A stretch of DNA of 64,000 nt, taken from Macrostomum hystrix (lineage: Eukaryota > Animalia > Platyhelminthes). This document shows positions 59,451-64,000 of this stretch, piece by piece; the first letter of the stretch is position 1; every line of letters begins with the position of its first letter. Both the position numbers and the translations under genes were made by a program. The stretch is from positions 3,286,001 through 3,350,000 of the forward strand of contig CATNEN010000039.1 in assembly GCA_950097015.1 (NCBI GenBank), read 5' to 3'. A model generated the notes under the pieces. It made no database searches. It had not been told where the DNA came from and saw only the letters and a list, made by a program, of their open reading frames with translations.

Positions 59451-60998
59451 ATGGCTTCCAGCCTTCCAACTGCTCCGGCCGAGGACACCATGGTGCCCGA
59501 GGCCATACACGCTGCGGCGCCCGGGCTAGCTGGCCCCGCGACCGCCACAAATGCCGCGCTGCCCAACTCGCGCGATGACCGGGGCGCTAAGCGCTCCACA
59601 ACCTCTGGAGCGGCAAAGCGTCGTAGGCGCTTAATGGCCCCCGGCAAGCCGGCTCCATCGACCGAGGACCGGGCCCAGGCCAGATGGGCCGAAGGGGCTC
59701 TGCCTAGGGCGGGGGCTGGGGCGGGGGGCCTTGCGCCTCCTGCCCAGGCTCCTGCACGGGGCGGAGCCCACGACGCCCCGAGGCCAGGGTCGCGGGCCAA
59801 GGAGATCCCGGCGCCCATCCGGACGGCGGCTCGGCCTGAAGGAGAAGCGGAGGCAGAGGGCCCTGTGCCCACCGCCGACGCTGATCCCGAGGGTGGGGTC
59901 GCCACCGGACAGGGCCCGGGACCACATGCCACCTACGCCGCCATCGCACGTAGGCAACCTGCCGTTGTCATCACCGGCAGAGACGGAAAAAGGCTGAGCA
60001 GCGAACAGCTCAGCAACATTTGCCGCAACATAGATGCTATGCTGTGGCAACTTCAACTGAAGGGCGAGCCCCTGGCGGTCGGCGCAAGCGCTACCAGGGA
60101 ATCGTGCTTCGTCGTCTGGCCCGGCGACGCGGAATCAGGGCGGCGGCTCCTTGAGTTGCTGCCCACGCAGAGCTGGGCGGCTGGCCTCGACTTCCTCCGG
60201 GAGAACGAGCCACCAAAGACCAAGCGACACCGCATTTTCGTCCCGGCGAAAAGTGTCGTCACCAGCGCTGAGGACCTCCGCATGGGCCTCATCGCGATGA
60301 ACCGGGAGCTGCCGACAGCGGGCCTGATCGTGCACCGCACGATCCTGCGCCCCGATGGCACCGGGTTCACCGCCATTCTGGGCCTGTCCGAGCAATGGAC
60401 ACGCCGATACCCAGATGGCGCCAACATCTGCATTGGTCTGTGGAAGACCAAAATCTTCGCCTTCGAGGCAGATAAAACTCGAGGTCAGACCGGGCCCACC
60501 ACCGTACCGGCCACTGAAGGGTCCTCGGACCCCGAGGTTGGGACTGGGGGCAGGGCCCAGTCGTCTCGCCAAAAAAGGCCAGAGCGTGCCATCGCTGGCA
60601 GCTCTGAGCGTCGCCCCGCGCGCATCACAAAGCGCCGGGGCCTTCTCCAGCGGGCCTCCGAGGTGGTGCGAACCGCCAGGATGGCCCAGCTGCGCGCTGA
60701 GATGCGCGGTGGCCCACCGGGGCAGGCGCCGCAACCAAGGGCTACGGGGGAGGCCTCTAAGGTGCCCAGCTCCATCGAGCAGGGCCCTTCGAGCGCCCCT
60801 CCCACGGCCCAGGGTGCGGTGTCGGCACCGGTTGAGGGTGACTCTGGGCCTGGGCTCGGGGCCGGGGGTGGGGACTGGGCGGCTGACCCCGTCGAGTTCC
60901 CGCCTCTGGCTCGGGGCCGGGGCACGGAGGAGCCCATGGCTACCGACATCGACCCGGAGGAGGAGGACCGCCTTCTGGCTGAGTCCCCCTCCAAGTAG
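59451..60998 (+). CDS. Retrotransposon ORF1 (low-complexity ends, central DUF4780-like region)
   Basis: 515-aa ORF from ATG 59451; TYAAIAR followed by a globular core as in LOA-clade ORF1s; no CCHC knuckle seen. Domain name is from recall, not a search. Confidence 0.8.
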   Translation: MASSLPTAPAEDTMVPEAIHAAAPGLAGPATATNAALPNSRDDRGAKRSTTSGAAKRRRRLMAPGKPAPSTEDRAQARWAEGALPRAGAGAGGLAPPAQAPARGGAHDAPRPGSRAKEIPAPIRTAARPEGEAEAEGPVPTADADPEGGVATGQGPGPHATYAAIARRQPAVVITGRDGKRLSSEQLSNICRNIDAMLWQLQLKGEPLAVGASATRESCFVVWPGDAESGRRLLELLPTQSWAAGLDFLRENEPPKTKRHRIFVPAKSVVTSAEDLRMGLIAMNRELPTAGLIVHRTILRPDGTGFTAILGLSEQWTRRYPDGANICIGLWKTKIFAFEADKTRGQTGPTTVPATEGSSDPEVGTGGRAQSSRQKRPERAIAGSSERRPARITKRRGLLQRASEVVRTARMAQLRAEMRGGPPGQAPQPRATGEASKVPSSIEQGPSSAPPTAQGAVSAPVEGDSGPGLGAGGGDWAADPVEFPPLARGRGTEEPMATDIDPEEEDRLLAESPSK

Positions 60999-61010
60999 AC
61001 CTCTGTCTGC

Positions 61011-64000
61011 ATGATGATCCCCGGAATATCATGCCTGCAAGTTAACACCCAGCACTGCGTGGCAGCATCAGTCAATCTGATGCGCACGACAGAGCGCACG
61101 ATGCCGGGCCTTGTACTTGTGCAGGAGCCCTGGTTATCAAAAAACAAGCCAAGTAACATTCCTGCTGGCTATGACTGCTTCTGCATGGCAGACTCTGTCC
61201 GCCCTAGATCACTGATCTATGCTGCAAAAGCCTTAAATGCGTGGATGAGACCCGATCTCTCTAACGGGGACATCTGCGTCATCCAATCTGCACACATTGT
61301 GCCCAACAAGTTGACCCTCGTGGCATCCGCCTACCTGGCAGGCGACGCCCCTGTGGTCAGCGATACCCTCGTCGCCCTCTGTGATTTCGCCAGGGCACGA
61401 AATTTTGAGCTGCTCCTCGCGGGAGATGCAAACTCGCATCACACCCACTGGGGTAGCTCAAAAATCAATGACCGCGGCGAAGAGCTCCTGGCCTTCGTTA
61501 GCGGCACGCCTCTTAACTTCTGCAATGTGGGCAACACGCCCACGTTCGACAATGGGCGGTGGGCTGAGGTGCTTGACGTCACCCTGGCCTCACCCGGCAT
61601 CCTCCCAAGGGTGCTGGGGTGGGAGGTGTGGGAGACCGAAAGCTCGCTCTCGGACCACCGCTTCATTCGCTTCAACATCGGTACCCCCGATAAGAAGCAA
61701 AAGCCTATTTGGAGGCGTAATGTCAGAAACACCGACTGGCCCGTGTTCAGCCAAAAGCTGCATGAGGGCCTTCGGGATTCCGACCCCTCCATGGCCATGG
61801 CAACCACGCAGGACCTAGATGGAGTGGCTGCCCTGCTGGGCGGCGCCATCACAGAGGCCTACGAAATGGCTTGCCCGCTCAAAGCCTACAAAGGCAAAAA
61901 ATCGGCCCCCTGGTGGAACCCCGAGCTCGGAGTCCTGAGACGCCGAGCAAAGGCTCTCCAGAGGAGGATGAAAATCTCGCACGACCCTGATGACAAAGAG
62001 GCCTACACTCGCGCCATCCATGAGTTTAAGGGCCGGGTCAGAAGGGCAAAAGCGGACAAGTGGCGACAATACTGCGAAGGGCTTGAGGGCTCGCGGCCCA
62101 CGGCCCGCGTGGTAAAGGCGCTCACCAACGACCGCTTCTCCAAGCTCTCATCGATCACAAAGCCAGACGGCTCGATCACGGAGCGCCCGGAGGAAACGCT
62201 CGAGCTTATGCTAGGGCATTTCTTCCCGAGTGTACCGGCGCACTTTGGCCCAGACGACCACTCACGTGGAGGTCAGGGCCTGGCTCAGTCACTCGTCACG
62301 AATGACCGCATCGTTCGCGCGGCAAAGTCATTCAACCCTTTCAAAGCACCTGGGCCAGATGGTATTTATCCGGCCTTTTTGCATGAAGCGGTCAAAAATG
62401 GCCGCTTCCTCCATCTCCTCTGCAGACTTCTACGGGCCTGCATCGTGCTGGGCTATGTACCAGCGCTGTGGCACGAAGCCCGGGTCGTCTTCATCCCGAA
62501 GCCCGCCAAAGGCGACTATCGCTCGGTCAAGTCCTATCGCCCGATAAGTTTGACTTCCACCTGCCTCAAGCTCATGGAAAGACTGGTGCTCTGGCGCCTT
62601 CTTACTGTAGAGCTAGGGCGGGCCCCGCTCTCCCCAAACCAGCACGCCTTTCGGGCGGGCCGGTCCACGGAGAGCGCCCTCCACTGCATCGTGGAGACTC
62701 TCGAGAAGGCAGTGCTGGGCAGCGGTTTTGCCCTGGCTGTCTTCCTAGACATTGAGGGGGCCTTCGATAACGTTGTTTTCGAAGCTTTTGAGGAGGCCCT
62801 GGTCTCCAGGGCCACTCACCCCCACCTCGTTCGCTGGGTCATGTACATGATCCGGCATCGCCACGTGGTGGCCCACCTCGAAGGAAGGCTGCTCTCGGCA
62901 CCTGTCCTAAAAGGAGGGCCCCAAGGCGGCGTCCTCACCCCACTGCTGTGGAATCTCGTCATGGATGAGCTGCTGAAAAGCACTCGTCCAGACCCAGTCC
63001 TGAAGGTGGGATATGCCGACGATGTGACCGCCATCTGCGCGGGCCCCTCGGCGGAAACCACCAGAGACCTCATCCAGGGCTTTATCAACAGGGCGGTGCG
63101 CTGGGCGGACCAATGCGGGCTCCGACTCTCTGAGTCCAAGACCGTTGCGGTTATGTTTACCAGCAAACTGCTCTGGACCATTAAGCCTCTGACTCTCTAT
63201 GGCAAGAATATTGCCATGGAAAAGCAGGTCCGGTGCCTTGGTCTCGTGCTAGACCATAGGCTTAACTGGACCCCACACATCACCACAAAGGCCAAGAGGG
63301 CCCTGGCCATACTGGCGCAAGTCAGGCGTGCCGTGGGCACCACTTGGGGGCTAACCCCCAAGAACCTTTGGTGGATTTACACGGCGATCATTAGACCGTC
63401 CGTCGCTTACGCTGGCCTCATCTGGGCCAGCGCCATGGGCATCCAGAAAAACCTGGAGGCGCTTTATAGGGTGCAGGGCAGAGCCTGTCGTATGACGCTG
63501 GGCGCCCCACCCTCCACTCCCTTCGAAGGCATGAATGCTTTCCTCAACGCTACACCCATTGACATTTTCGTCAAGGGGGAAGCAGCAAAGTCCACCCGTC
63601 GTCTTCTTGATGCGGGTGTCTCCTTCCAGAATTCGCGAGCCTTCTCGAAGCGCTCCCTTCTGCCTCACTCTGACCTCTGCCTGAAAACTCTGGGCGAGTG
63701 CGGAGGGCTCACCATCCTTTCGGACGGGGCCCCGGCCACTTTACTCCGGAGCCACAGGTACAAAGTCAGCATCTCCCCTCGTAATGAGGTAAAGGACTGC
63801 TGGGATGACCCGGCAGTCCACTGTTACACTGACGGCTCTCTGATGAACGGTAAATCGGGATTCGGAGTGTGCGTCGCCTCGGGTGGTGAGGTCCTCTGGA
63901 CCCACTCCCAATACTGTGGCAAGAGCTCTAGCGTTTTCCAAAACGAAGTGCTCGCCATCAGCTTCTGTGCGGCTGAGCTGCGCCAGAGGCAGCTGGCTGG
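61011..64000 (+). CDS. Retrotransposon ORF2: AP endonuclease, reverse transcriptase, RNase H (3' end outside the window)
   Basis: APE: LQVN, VQEPW, GDANSHH..WGS, TPTF, LDVTL, SDH; RT: KAPGPDG, YRPISL, FLDIEGAFD, GPQGGVLTPLLW, YADD (63012); RNase H: YTDGS (D at 63831), SVFQNEVLAI; motifs share one frame from ATG 61011. Confidence 0.95.
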   Translation, partial: MMIPGISCLQVNTQHCVAASVNLMRTTERTMPGLVLVQEPWLSKNKPSNIPAGYDCFCMADSVRPRSLIYAAKALNAWMRPDLSNGDICVIQSAHIVPNKLTLVASAYLAGDAPVVSDTLVALCDFARARNFELLLAGDANSHHTHWGSSKINDRGEELLAFVSGTPLNFCNVGNTPTFDNGRWAEVLDVTLASPGILPRVLGWEVWETESSLSDHRFIRFNIGTPDKKQKPIWRRNVRNTDWPVFSQKLHEGLRDSDPSMAMATTQDLDGVAALLGGAITEAYEMACPLKAYKGKKSAPWWNPELGVLRRRAKALQRRMKISHDPDDKEAYTRAIHEFKGRVRRAKADKWRQYCEGLEGSRPTARVVKALTNDRFSKLSSITKPDGSITERPEETLELMLGHFFPSVPAHFGPDDHSRGGQGLAQSLVTNDRIVRAAKSFNPFKAPGPDGIYPAFLHEAVKNGRFLHLLCRLLRACIVLGYVPALWHEARVVFIPKPAKGDYRSVKSYRPISLTSTCLKLMERLVLWRLLTVELGRAPLSPNQHAFRAGRSTESALHCIVETLEKAVLGSGFALAVFLDIEGAFDNVVFEAFEEALVSRATHPHLVRWVMYMIRHRHVVAHLEGRLLSAPVLKGGPQGGVLTPLLWNLVMDELLKSTRPDPVLKVGYADDVTAICAGPSAETTRDLIQGFINRAVRWADQCGLRLSESKTVAVMFTSKLLWTIKPLTLYGKNIAMEKQVRCLGLVLDHRLNWTPHITTKAKRALAILAQVRRAVGTTWGLTPKNLWWIYTAIIRPSVAYAGLIWASAMGIQKNLEALYRVQGRACRMTLGAPPSTPFEGMNAFLNATPIDIFVKGEAAKSTRRLLDAGVSFQNSRAFSKRSLLPHSDLCLKTLGECGGLTILSDGAPATLLRSHRYKVSISPRNEVKDCWDDPAVHCYTDGSLMNGKSGFGVCVASGGEVLWTHSQYCGKSSSVFQNEVLAISFCAAELRQRQLA

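Larger units (their letters stand above)
58587..64000 (+). mobile_element. Non-LTR retrotransposon, LOA/Lian-like (APE-RT-RNase H), 5'-complete, runs off the window
   Basis: Abrupt AT-to-GC shift near 58587, structured 5' UTR, ORF1 and an uninterrupted ORF2; antisense to Nck and probably in one of its introns. Confidence 0.93.

Overview
Eukaryotic (animal) genomic DNA with GC-rich exons, GT-AG introns and many intronic minisatellites; the style suggests a flatworm such as Macrostomum (inference only). Five spliced host genes: MDM1-like (minus, 3001-6810), rootletin/CROCC (plus, 13586-44399; candidate alternative first exons, a duplicated mutually exclusive exon pair and RFX X-boxes), an apolipoprotein-L-like gene (48124-50875), a small two-exon secreted neuropeptide precursor absent from the ORF track (minus, 51420-51781, elevenin/allatostatin-C-like Cys loop), and the 3' part of an Nck-like SH3-SH3-SH2 adaptor (minus, 56585-58496). 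The window ends in an apparently intact LOA/Lian-type non-LTR retrotransposon (ORF1, then APE-RT-RNase H ORF2 in the same frame). Its 5' end folds into a complete HDV-like self-cleaving ribozyme (58587-58821) with an A-U covariant P1.1, followed by about 3.7 tandem 97-nt structured, pseudoknot-forming units. Also present: two tRNA-derived SINE families (one CORE-type), two solo-LTR-like inserts inside satellites, and a TIR-bounded element carrying a decayed Crypton-like recombinase fragment. All exon boundaries and RNA folds were derived by eye and need confirmation.
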